Assembly (NCBI GenBank): GCA_016840065.1
Contig: JAEOTB010000041.1
Coordinates: forward strand, 1 to 23,507
DNA length: 23,507 bases
Direction: 5' to 3'
Origin: Candidatus Hermodarchaeota archaeon
Lineage (GTDB): Archaea > Asgardarchaeota > Hermodarchaeia > Hermodarchaeales > Hermodarchaeaceae
Part shown: piece by piece, positions 7,424 to 15,299 of the stretch
Position numbering within the stretch: position 1 is the first letter of the stretch
How the letters are laid out: each line of letters begins with the position of its first letter
Notes under the pieces: generated by a model
What the model was told of the DNA's origin: nothing
The model's database searches: none
The model's input: the letters and a program-made list of their open reading frames with translations, nothing else
Program-made: the position numbers and the translations under genes

Positions 7424-8701
7424 ATGCGCGCACTTCTCTTAGCTGGAAGCCAGAGCACTAGGATGTGGCCCCTTGTTGAAACCCGCCCAAAACCCCTACT
7501 CAGTATTGGCGGTAAACCTATCATTCAATGGATGATAGAGGATTTGAAGGCGGCAGGAATCCGAAATATCGTTGTCTCCATCGGATATCTTGGCGAACAG
7601 ATCAGCGATTTCCTTGGGCGAGGACACGGTCTGGGTGTAAAAATTGATTATGTTACTCAAGAGGAAGAACGCGGCGTAGCCGAATCCATTTTAATCGCTA
7701 AGGAGGAGTTCGAAGACGATGAATCCTTCCTTGTAGCGAATGCTGATATTCTTGCTGGACCTAAAATCATCCGCCGAGCCCTCAGTCATTACAAAGATTT
7801 AGCTGCAGAAGCAGTGGTAAGCCTTACCCTCACGAATACCCCTCAATTTTACGGAATTGCTGAAATCGATGAACGTGCAAGGATTCGCCGAGTAGTGGAA
7901 AAACCTCAACCTGGTGAAATCCAGAGCCGGTACGCGGTTGCCGGTATCTACGTATTCCGACCCACAATCTTCGAGCAGCTGAGAAAGTCAGGGGATTTAA
8001 CCAAGACCATTCAAAAGCTAATAGATGAGGAAGATAAGGTCTATGGTTCTGTTTGGGAACGAGAATGGGTTGAGGTGTCCTACCCATGGGATCTAGTTCA
8101 GGCGAACCGGTTCGTATTGGATAAGCAGCTAAAAGGGAAAGGGTCGTTCATCGCAGAATCCGCCGATATCCAACAGCCAAGCCGCATAGAGGGATCTGTA
8201 CACATTGGAGATGGAGTTGTTGTACGTCCCCACACTACCATCAGAGGACCGGTTTACATTGGTCCCAACACCTACATTGGGAATAACTCACTAATCCGTG
8301 AATACACTTCTCTTGGAGCAAATGTCATTGTTGGCTTTGGATGCGAGATTAAGGAGAGTATTATCTACGATTCCACCAAGATTGGACGCTTAAGCTTTGT
8401 AGGCGACAGTATCGTGGGTCAAAACGTCGATATCGGCGCTGGAGTGCAACTTGTAAACCATCCGCTCGCGGGTAAAACCATAACCTCCACAATTTCAGGC
8501 CAAACAGAAATCGTACCCAGAAAGAAGTTCGGTGGAGTAATAGGGGACGACACTATCTTGAGTCCTAACGTCTCGGTATTTCCCGGTGTTAAAATTGGTA
8601 CCAGTTCCATAGTACTCCCTGGTACAGTCCTCGATGAGGATGTTCCATCACGCACTGAAGCCCGGCTTCACCAAAAGGTTGATTTGCGCCCCTTAGACTA
8701 A
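7424..8701 (+). CDS. GlmU-like sugar-phosphate nucleotidyltransferase with left-handed beta-helix domain; catalytic motifs degenerate
   Basis: Start moved to ATG 7424 (MRALLLAG), which removes the overlap with the upstream gene. Contains TRMWPL, RPKPLL, YVTQ, YG, VEKP, AGIYVF, YPWDL, hexapeptide repeats and KFGGVIGD. Confidence 0.88.
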   Translation: MRALLLAGSQSTRMWPLVETRPKPLLSIGGKPIIQWMIEDLKAAGIRNIVVSIGYLGEQISDFLGRGHGLGVKIDYVTQEEERGVAESILIAKEEFEDDESFLVANADILAGPKIIRRALSHYKDLAAEAVVSLTLTNTPQFYGIAEIDERARIRRVVEKPQPGEIQSRYAVAGIYVFRPTIFEQLRKSGDLTKTIQKLIDEEDKVYGSVWEREWVEVSYPWDLVQANRFVLDKQLKGKGSFIAESADIQQPSRIEGSVHIGDGVVVRPHTTIRGPVYIGPNTYIGNNSLIREYTSLGANVIVGFGCEIKESIIYDSTKIGRLSFVGDSIVGQNVDIGAGVQLVNHPLAGKTITSTISGQTEIVPRKKFGGVIGDDTILSPNVSVFPGVKIGTSSIVLPGTVLDEDVPSRTEARLHQKVDLRPLD

Positions 8702-8709
8702 AAAGGTCA

Positions 8710-8752
8710 GAAATGTTTTAAAGGACTATTCATCTCCCTCCTTCATTGGTGA
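8710..8752 (+). promoter_or_regulatory. TATA box and RBS of the Lrp RAM-domain gene
   Basis: GAAATG-TTTTAAAG (TATA at 8716-8723) and GGTGA at 8748-8752 before TTG 8759. Confidence 0.5.
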
Positions 8753-8758
8753 CTCAGA

Positions 8759-8989
8759 TTGGCAGTTGTCCTAGCATATATTCTGATTTTAGCGAAATCT
8801 GGTCGAGAAAACGAAATTATAGACGCCCTAAAAGAATTCAAACAGGTCACAGAAGCGCGAACCACTCTCGGCTCTTGGGACATCATCGCAGCAGTCGAGT
8901 CTGAATCGATGGACAGCTTGTACGTTCTTGTCGAACGAATCCGCCGATTAAGATATGTTGAGCGCACCTCAACTCTAATCACCCGCTAG
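8759..8989 (+). CDS. Stand-alone Lrp/AsnC ligand-binding (RAM) domain protein
   Basis: 76 aa with AYILI...G.E.EI...L...V.EA...G.WDII..VE...IR....V..TSTLI and no HTH. TTG start with GGTGA RBS. Confidence 0.88.
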   Translation: MAVVLAYILILAKSGRENEIIDALKEFKQVTEARTTLGSWDIIAAVESESMDSLYVLVERIRRLRYVERTSTLITR

Positions 8990-9096
8990 CTCCTAGGGGT
9001 GGCGAAAAACTCTTTAGTGAAAAAGACAAGCGATTGGCGTCACACACAAGAACCAATTCTCAAGTTCCTAGAGAGCGGATGAAGGACGTTCAAGAA

Positions 9097-11808
9097 ATGA
9101 CAGAAAAATGGGTATATCTATTCAGTGAAGGCAACAGGGATATGCGCAACCTCCTAGGAGGAAAAGGCGCAAACCTAGCCGAAATGACCAACGCAGGAAT
9201 CCCAGTCCCACCTGGATTCACTATAACAACGGAAGCCTGTAATGCCTACTTCAAGGGTGGAAAACAATTCCCCAAAGGTATGTGGGAGCAAGTATTGGGT
9301 GCCCTAAAGGCAATAGAAAAACAAACAGACAAACGCCTAGGAGATCCCTCCAACCCGCTGCTCGTATCCTGCCGCTCAGGAGCAAGAGTAAGCATGCCAG
9401 GGATGATGGACACCGTACTCAATATTGGTCTGAATCCGACTGTTTTGGAGGGCTTTGCGAAGCTAACTGGAAACGAGCGTACTGCTTGGGATGCCTATCG
9501 TCGTTTGATTCAGATGTTTGGTAATATTGTAAAGGGGATGGATCGCCACGCTTTCGAGGCTATTCTTGATAAGTACAAGGAAAAGACTGGGGGCGGCAAG
9601 GACACGGACTTGACTGTAGATATGTTGAAGGACTTGGTTAGGGATTTCAAGGCTTTGTACGAAAAGGAACTTGGCGAGACGTTTCCCGATGAGCCGCATG
9701 ATCAGATTAAGCAGGCAATCGCCGCTGTCTTTGAGTCATGGTTCGGAGCTCCTGCTACAGCTTATCGTAATGCCGAAGGACTTCCCCACGATTGGGGCAC
9801 GGCAGTGAATGTGCAAACCATGGTCTTTGGAAACATGGGTGAGGGGAGTGGGACCGGTGTTGCATTCACTCGGAATCCAGCTAACGGTGAAAGAGTAGTG
9901 TGGGGTGAGTATCTGCTTAACGCTCAAGGAGAAGATGTAGTTGCTGGTATCCGAACTCCGCAACCCATCTCGAGATTGGCAGATGATATGCCTGAAATAT
10001 ATAAGGAATTCCTTGAGATATGCGAACGCCTTGAGCTGCATTACCGCGATACACAAGATGTTGAATTTACTATTGAGCGTGGTAAGCTTTGGATGCTCCA
10101 AACCCGAACTGGAAAACGTACTGCTTTTGCCGCTGTGAAGATAGCGGTTGATATGGTCAGGGAGAAGCTTATCAAGAAGAATGAAGCGCTACTTCGCGTG
10201 AATCCAAATCAGATTAACCAGTTTCTTCACCCTCGCTTTGACCCTGTAGCTGTTCAGAAAGCCAAAGCCGAGGGAAGACTACTAGCTCAGGGACTCAATG
10301 CTTCGCCAGGTGCCGCCACTGGAATTGCCATCTTTGATGCTGACAGAGCCGAAGAGAGAGGAGAATCCGGGGAAGCAATAATCTTGGTACGACCTGAAAC
10401 CAATCCAGAAGATGTCCACGGGATGGTTCTAGCCCAAGGGATCCTAACCCAGAAAGGAGGAATGACCTCACATGCCGCTGTGGTAGCAAGAGGCTGGGGG
10501 AAGCCCTGTATAGCAGGCTGTGAAGAGATTGATATTGACCTCGATTCCCGTCAGCTCACAGTGAATGGTCAAGTGATTAAGGAAGGCGATCAAATCTCAC
10601 TTAATGGTACAACTGGTGAAATGTTCGCTGGTGAGATCGCTACTGTTGAGGCTAGCTTTGAGAAAGAACACGATTTAGTAACATTACTTGGCTGGGCAGA
10701 TGAAATCAGACAACTGGGTGTATGGACAAACTCGGACACTCCAGATGACGCAGCACGTGCTCGCGCCTTCGGTGCGGAAGGAATTGGTCTTTGTCGAACG
10801 GAGCACATGTTCTTTGGAGAAGAACGGCGCCCAATTGTTGTAAAAATGATAATGTCTGATAACCCAGACGAGCGTATAGAGCTGCTGAATCAATTGCTGC
10901 CATTTCAACGCGAAGATTTTGAGGAAATTTTCCGGAAGATGGACGGTCTTCCAGTTATTATCCGACTCATTGATCCTCCGATGCATGAATTCTTACCTCC
11001 TCTTGAGGAACTACTGGTAACAATTAACCAGCTGGAACTTGAACTGAAAAACAAACCATCATCTACTAAGGCAAAGGAGTTGAAGAGTGCTCTAGAGGAA
11101 CAAAAACGTGTACTCAAGGTAGTACGCAGTATGTGGGAGGTCAACCCCATGATGGGTCTGCGTGGGTGCCGCGCTGGCATCATGTACCAAGGCCTAACAG
11201 AGATGCAGACCCGAGCTATCTTCGAAGCAGCCTGCAACGTCACCAAAGAAGGCATCGAAACACACCCAGAAATAATGATACCCCTGATTAGCCACGTCAA
11301 TGAACTTAAACTGGAAAGATCCAAACTGGAAAAAGTCGCGAAAGAAGTAATGGCTGAAAGTGGTGAAGAAGTAGATTACAAATTTGGAACTATGATTGAA
11401 ATCCCTAGAGCAGCTATTACCGCAGAAAAAGTCGCCAAATATGCTGACTTCTTTTCCTTTGGTACAAACGACTTGACGCAAATGACATATGGTGTCAGCC
11501 GTGATGATGCTGAAGGGAAGTTCCTACGACAATACGTGGGTTTAGGCATTCTAGAAGCAAATCCCTTTGAAGTCCTAGACAGAGAGGGAGTGGGTGTGCT
11601 AATGCGGATGGCTGTTGAAAAGGGTAGAAGCGCAAAGCCAGATTTGGAGATTGGCGGATGTGGTGAGCACTTTGGAGAACCTAACTCGATAGAGTTCTCA
11701 CACATAATTGGTTTGAACTATGTCAGTTGCTCTCCTTTTCGTGTTCCTATCGCACGTCTCGCAGCAGCTCAGGCTGCTCTAAGGCATAAGTATGGGCGCA
11801 AAAGCTAG
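9097..11808 (+). CDS. ppdK: Pyruvate, phosphate dikinase
   Basis: LLGGKGANLAEM, VPPGFTITTEAC, PLLVSCRSGA, MPGMMDT, GGMTSHAAVVARG (phospho-His), GIGLCRTEHMF, FSFGTNDLTQ and CGEH. The start is probably ATG 9097 (MTEKWVYLF); 9079 is an alternative. Confidence 0.97.
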   Translation: MTEKWVYLFSEGNRDMRNLLGGKGANLAEMTNAGIPVPPGFTITTEACNAYFKGGKQFPKGMWEQVLGALKAIEKQTDKRLGDPSNPLLVSCRSGARVSMPGMMDTVLNIGLNPTVLEGFAKLTGNERTAWDAYRRLIQMFGNIVKGMDRHAFEAILDKYKEKTGGGKDTDLTVDMLKDLVRDFKALYEKELGETFPDEPHDQIKQAIAAVFESWFGAPATAYRNAEGLPHDWGTAVNVQTMVFGNMGEGSGTGVAFTRNPANGERVVWGEYLLNAQGEDVVAGIRTPQPISRLADDMPEIYKEFLEICERLELHYRDTQDVEFTIERGKLWMLQTRTGKRTAFAAVKIAVDMVREKLIKKNEALLRVNPNQINQFLHPRFDPVAVQKAKAEGRLLAQGLNASPGAATGIAIFDADRAEERGESGEAIILVRPETNPEDVHGMVLAQGILTQKGGMTSHAAVVARGWGKPCIAGCEEIDIDLDSRQLTVNGQVIKEGDQISLNGTTGEMFAGEIATVEASFEKEHDLVTLLGWADEIRQLGVWTNSDTPDDAARARAFGAEGIGLCRTEHMFFGEERRPIVVKMIMSDNPDERIELLNQLLPFQREDFEEIFRKMDGLPVIIRLIDPPMHEFLPPLEELLVTINQLELELKNKPSSTKAKELKSALEEQKRVLKVVRSMWEVNPMMGLRGCRAGIMYQGLTEMQTRAIFEAACNVTKEGIETHPEIMIPLISHVNELKLERSKLEKVAKEVMAESGEEVDYKFGTMIEIPRAAITAEKVAKYADFFSFGTNDLTQMTYGVSRDDAEGKFLRQYVGLGILEANPFEVLDREGVGVLMRMAVEKGRSAKPDLEIGGCGEHFGEPNSIEFSHIIGLNYVSCSPFRVPIARLAAAQAALRHKYGRKS

Positions 11809-11850
11809 CGCGTTACTATCCTTGAAAGTCGGAGCTAGTGCTGAAACGCA

Positions 11851-12513
11851 TTATCTTAACTGAAAGAGATAGAGAGTTTCAAGGAAACCAAGGAGCCTCC
11901 CCGTTGCTAGAATTTCTAGCTGGAAGTTCGATTGCTCAATCATATGTAGTATCTCTTGAAGTGGAGCAACCGAACTAAAGAGGATTTGAATCCTCCCCTT
12001 CTTTGTTAGATTTCGTGGTGCCTCAACAAGGAACCGATAAATCAGTTTGCATTGGGGTCCAGCATACCAGGCTTGTGCTAATAGGTCTCTAGGTTTTCCT
12101 GTTAGATATGGTGGATTGAAAAGAATTAGATCAAATCGCTGCCTTTGTACTGGTTCGAAAAGGTTTCCTTGTTTTACGTCTACAACGCTTTCAAGGCGGT
12201 TTAGGCGTATTGTTTCTTTAGCGCATTTTACTGAATATGGGTTTATGTCTGTGGCAACAACTCGCTTAGCGTAGCGTGCAGCAAAGGCGGCTATGGCACC
12301 AGTTCCTGTCCCTAATTCTAGAACCCTTGAGCCTCGGGGAATAATCATATGACGTATGAAAAAACGTGTAGTTCCGCTAACCAGTGGGTTGAATACGTGG
12401 GGGCAAATCTGAATTCTCACACCTTCTAGAACAGACGTTCGAGGTCGAAGTCTCCGATGAAGAAGCTCCAATACCCATGGAATGATTCTAGTATGTGGTT
12501 TTGTGGTAGCCAT
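11851..12513 (-). CDS. HemK/PrmC/MTQ2-like SAM-dependent methyltransferase
   Basis: VLELGTGTGAIA, ATDINP, GNLFEP and ILFNPPYL. Confidence 0.88.
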   Translation of the reverse strand: MATTKPHTRIIPWVLELLHRRLRPRTSVLEGVRIQICPHVFNPLVSGTTRFFIRHMIIPRGSRVLELGTGTGAIAAFAARYAKRVVATDINPYSVKCAKETIRLNRLESVVDVKQGNLFEPVQRQRFDLILFNPPYLTGKPRDLLAQAWYAGPQCKLIYRFLVEAPRNLTKKGRIQILFSSVAPLQEILHMIEQSNFQLEILATGRLLGFLETLYLFQLR

Positions 12514-12577
12514 TCCCTTGTCATCTCTTGAATTGAAGTTTAGCTCATTTCTTTGGTGTGAAGTATTTTTTTATGCC

Positions 12578-12592
12578 GCAAGGTTTTAAGGT
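12578..12592 (+). promoter_or_regulatory. BRE/TATA-like promoter of the 12622 gene
   Basis: GCAAGG-TTTTAAGG about 30 nt upstream of ATG 12622 in a divergent intergenic gap. Confidence 0.45.
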
Positions 12593-12621
12593 TTGGAATC
12601 TAAAGAGAGATTTGAATAAGA

Positions 12622-13119
12622 ATGAGTCTATTAGAAGGATTTGACTTCCTTTCTGCTGAAAAAGACATGGAAAAGAAGATTGAGGAACTTGCGAATGTTG
12701 TGGAACGTGTCGCTACAATCTTCCTGAATGGTGTTGGTTCTCTGGAAGAGCAGATTAAGGGACTAAGCCAACAGCTGAGTGTGTTAGGTAGCCGCATTAG
12801 CAAGGCAGAGACTCAGGTAGAAACTGTTCTCAGAATGGGTGTCTCCCGTCCCGCTGCTAAGGGTCAAACAAGCCCTACTGCTCCTGGCCCAGCTAGTCCT
12901 AGTGGACCGATGCCTACGACTGATGCAGCAAGCCCCGATCATACCACTCCCCCCGGTCCTCGTACAGCTCCAAAGCTCACTGAGGTCGAACAAAGAACTC
13001 CCACTTCGCCAATGGGTGGACAAGTGAGTGTTCAAGCCGAGATGCGTGGCGAACTCAAGAGTTTCCTGGCTCGTCGCCGGGCAGCTCTTGAAGCCCGTAT
13101 GAAAGAAGAAGGTGGCTAG
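12622..13119 (+). CDS. Hypothetical protein: N-terminal coiled coil, Pro/Thr/Ser-rich linker, C-terminal amphipathic basic helix (WASH/VASP-like layout)
   Basis: 165-aa ORF filling the gap between two minus-strand genes. Heptad pattern at about aa 15-70, Pro-rich aa 77-131, and C-terminal EMRGELKSFLARRRAALE. Confidence 0.8.
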   Translation: MSLLEGFDFLSAEKDMEKKIEELANVVERVATIFLNGVGSLEEQIKGLSQQLSVLGSRISKAETQVETVLRMGVSRPAAKGQTSPTAPGPASPSGPMPTTDAASPDHTTPPGPRTAPKLTEVEQRTPTSPMGGQVSVQAEMRGELKSFLARRRAALEARMKEEGG

Positions 13120-13147
13120 AGAACAACCTGTTAGCCTAGTCTTTCTG

Positions 13148-13771
13148 CTAGGGTCTGGAGAAATCATTCAGGCGGCGCTGCTTTTCCCTGATTGGCGTTG
13201 CCTGTCCAGTTTTTTCGTCAAGAAGTGATTTCAGTTTTAGCATGTCTTTCTCCATTGTTGGTATCAGCCTTCTGGTATACAATCCTGCAGCAGGGTGGTA
13301 GATTACATAGTATGTCTGTCCCTCTCGCTCATATTCTCTTCCATGCATGGCTGACATACTCGCACTTGTGTCGAGGATTGTTTCTGCTGGCACTCGACCT
13401 GCAAGACATACAATTTTAGGTTTTATCAGTAACAGCTGACGTTGCAGGAATGGAGAACATATTTCCCTTTCTCTAGGTGCTGGTGGTCGGTTTTCTGGTG
13501 GGCGACACTTGACAGTATTTGTGATAAAAACAGTCGATCGATTGATGCCTGCTCCAGCCAGCAACTCTGTTAGTAACTTGCCAGCTGCACCTACAAAAGG
13601 ACGTCCCTGGAGGTCCTCATTCCGTCCCGGCGCTTCTCCCAAGATGACTAGGTTTGCCTTCTGAGGACCTTCACCTGGTACAGCTTGAGTTCGGGTTTCT
13701 GAAAGAGGACACTGCTGGCATTCCAGTATTTCTTGACGTAGTATGTTCCAAGCATCTTCGTTTGAACACAT
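13148..13771 (-). CDS. udg: Family-4 uracil-DNA glycosylase (4Fe-4S) with C-terminal PIP-like motif
   Basis: CQQCPL, GEAPG, GRPFVG, TNTVKCRPPENR, C.PFL and YHPAA. C-terminal QRRLNDFS. Confidence 0.95.
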   Translation of the reverse strand: MCSNEDAWNILRQEILECQQCPLSETRTQAVPGEGPQKANLVILGEAPGRNEDLQGRPFVGAAGKLLTELLAGAGINRSTVFITNTVKCRPPENRPPAPREREICSPFLQRQLLLIKPKIVCLAGRVPAETILDTSASMSAMHGREYEREGQTYYVIYHPAAGLYTRRLIPTMEKDMLKLKSLLDEKTGQATPIREKQRRLNDFSRP

Positions 13772-13820
13772 TGCTACCTAGTCTCCGATTAACAGATTAG
13801 AAGCTCTTTCTGATACAAAT

Positions 13821-14648
13821 CTAACCTGAGGTTCCACGCATACGCTTTCTCTTACGTAGAGCGTAGAAGACGACAAGAACTTCAAAGATGGCAATGGGGA
13901 GGATGATGGCAAACACTTTGTTCAAGAGTAGCATATCCACTGGGATTATTGCGATTTCACTTCCAACGACTTCTCCTGCGTAGCTCAATGAAAGATTCAC
14001 GATTGACATGCCAAAATCATAGATGTGGGATGCTTCATGTTGGATGACAAGCGCTAATGTGTTGTTACCAGGAGCCAACTCGACCTCTTCTGATGCGTTT
14101 GCAAAGCTTCTTCCAAAGAACTCCAGTTGTACAGTTCTAATGCTGTTGACACGGTTCTCAATAGTGGCAATTATGATACCTGGCTGGTTTTGAGAGAACA
14201 CGGTGCCTGTTGTAAGACTGACAATCGCTGCGGCAGGGATTACTTCGATTTGGTATTGCTCATAGAGGAATGAATACGCACCGATGTTAATTTCGAATGT
14301 CACATTGTGATATCCTATCGTTGCGTTTTCAGCAACCTCGAATTGGACCGTGATGTTTTTTTCTTCCTCGAAGTCAATTGAGAAATTAGTAAATGTACAT
14401 GTGATTTCGCCACTTTCATCTGTGAACTGGGCAAAACCATCATCAAAGGTCTGGTTAATCGTATTGTATACTGTTGCAGTAACTTGACCTTGGTGAGCTT
14501 GTGGCACTTGATCCTGTACTACAACGTTACTAATTTCAATGGGCGTGGTTTGTGCCTGAGCTAGTTGAGCACCTCCACTCGGTCCGAAGAGTGTAATGAA
14601 CATCAATACTGTGACCAGCAGAACGCCGGTACGAATGGTCGGCCGCAC
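13821..14648 (-). CDS. Single-pass cell-surface glycoprotein with Ig-like/CARDB-like domains
   Basis: Start moved to GTG 14648 (AGGTGA RBS upstream). Signal peptide, acidic beta-rich ectodomain with many N-x-S/T sequons (NQT, NFS, NIT, NAT, NVT, NAS, NNT, NLS), C-terminal TM helix and RKRKRMR tail. Confidence 0.75.
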   Translation of the reverse strand: MRPTIRTGVLLVTVLMFITLFGPSGGAQLAQAQTTPIEISNVVVQDQVPQAHQGQVTATVYNTINQTFDDGFAQFTDESGEITCTFTNFSIDFEEEKNITVQFEVAENATIGYHNVTFEINIGAYSFLYEQYQIEVIPAAAIVSLTTGTVFSQNQPGIIIATIENRVNSIRTVQLEFFGRSFANASEEVELAPGNNTLALVIQHEASHIYDFGMSIVNLSLSYAGEVVGSEIAIIPVDMLLLNKVFAIILPIAIFEVLVVFYALRKRKRMRGTSG

Positions 14649-14803
14649 GAGCAACTCACCTTTTCCTTTTCGGGTGTGGAGTGCCAATTGATAGTGCGAT
14701 TTTAAAGTCTTTCTGCATTGACAAAAAATGAAGAGTTCCAACAAGGGTCAATGGTAGTTTGAATTTCCTGGCGATTGGGGGGTTCAGCTTGTAATGTCGA
14801 TGA

Positions 14804-14855
14804 GTTTAAATACTGTGTTGTTACTACAATGCATGGCTATCTATAGTGTAGCTAT
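14804..14855 (+). promoter_or_regulatory. TATA box and putative operator of the padR-cdc48 operon
   Basis: TTTAAATA at 14804-14811. An imperfect inverted repeat ATGGCTAT-ctatagt-GTAGCTAT at 14833-14855 covers the expected transcription start. Confidence 0.5.
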
Positions 14856-14858
14856 ATA

Positions 14859-15299
14859 ATGTCTATGGCGTTGTTCATGACGGACCAACAACCTGAAAAA
14901 ACAATTGTCAAGTTGCGCGAGTGGTCACGAGAAATAAACCGAGGTTTCATAGAATTCTGGGTACTTTCGCTACTAAGGAGAGAAAGCCTCTACGGCGCTC
15001 GCATATCGAATCTACTAGACGATTTAACCGAAGGTCGTATACAACTCGAACCCGGCACAATCTACCCACTTCTTCGTCGACTCGCTGAAAGTGGATGGAT
15101 AGTCAGTGACATTCGCGTAAGAAGCGTGGGTCGCGGACCAATGCGCCGCTACTACCGGCTAACCAAAGAAGGGAAGCAGTTACATAGTAGAATGGTAGAG
15201 CATTATTTAGGGAGTTTCGAGGAGCTATTGAAAATGATGGTGATTGACTTCAGGTCCGTTCGCGAACGCTTAATTCATTTAATGAAGGAGATAGAATAA
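14859..15299 (+). CDS. PadR-family transcriptional regulator
   Basis: RGFIEFWVLSLL, LYG, PGTIYPLLRRL...GWI and RRYYRLTKEG. The start could be ATG 14877. Confidence 0.92.
   Translation: MSMALFMTDQQPEKTIVKLREWSREINRGFIEFWVLSLLRRESLYGARISNLLDDLTEGRIQLEPGTIYPLLRRLAESGWIVSDIRVRSVGRGPMRRYYRLTKEGKQLHSRMVEHYLGSFEELLKMMVIDFRSVRERLIHLMKEIE

Noticed and set aside
14649-14800. N-terminal extension of the surface protein and a G-U-rich hairpin at about 14760-14786
   Set aside because: The RBS and signal peptide support GTG 14648. The hairpin depends on many G-U pairs and has no recognisable motif.
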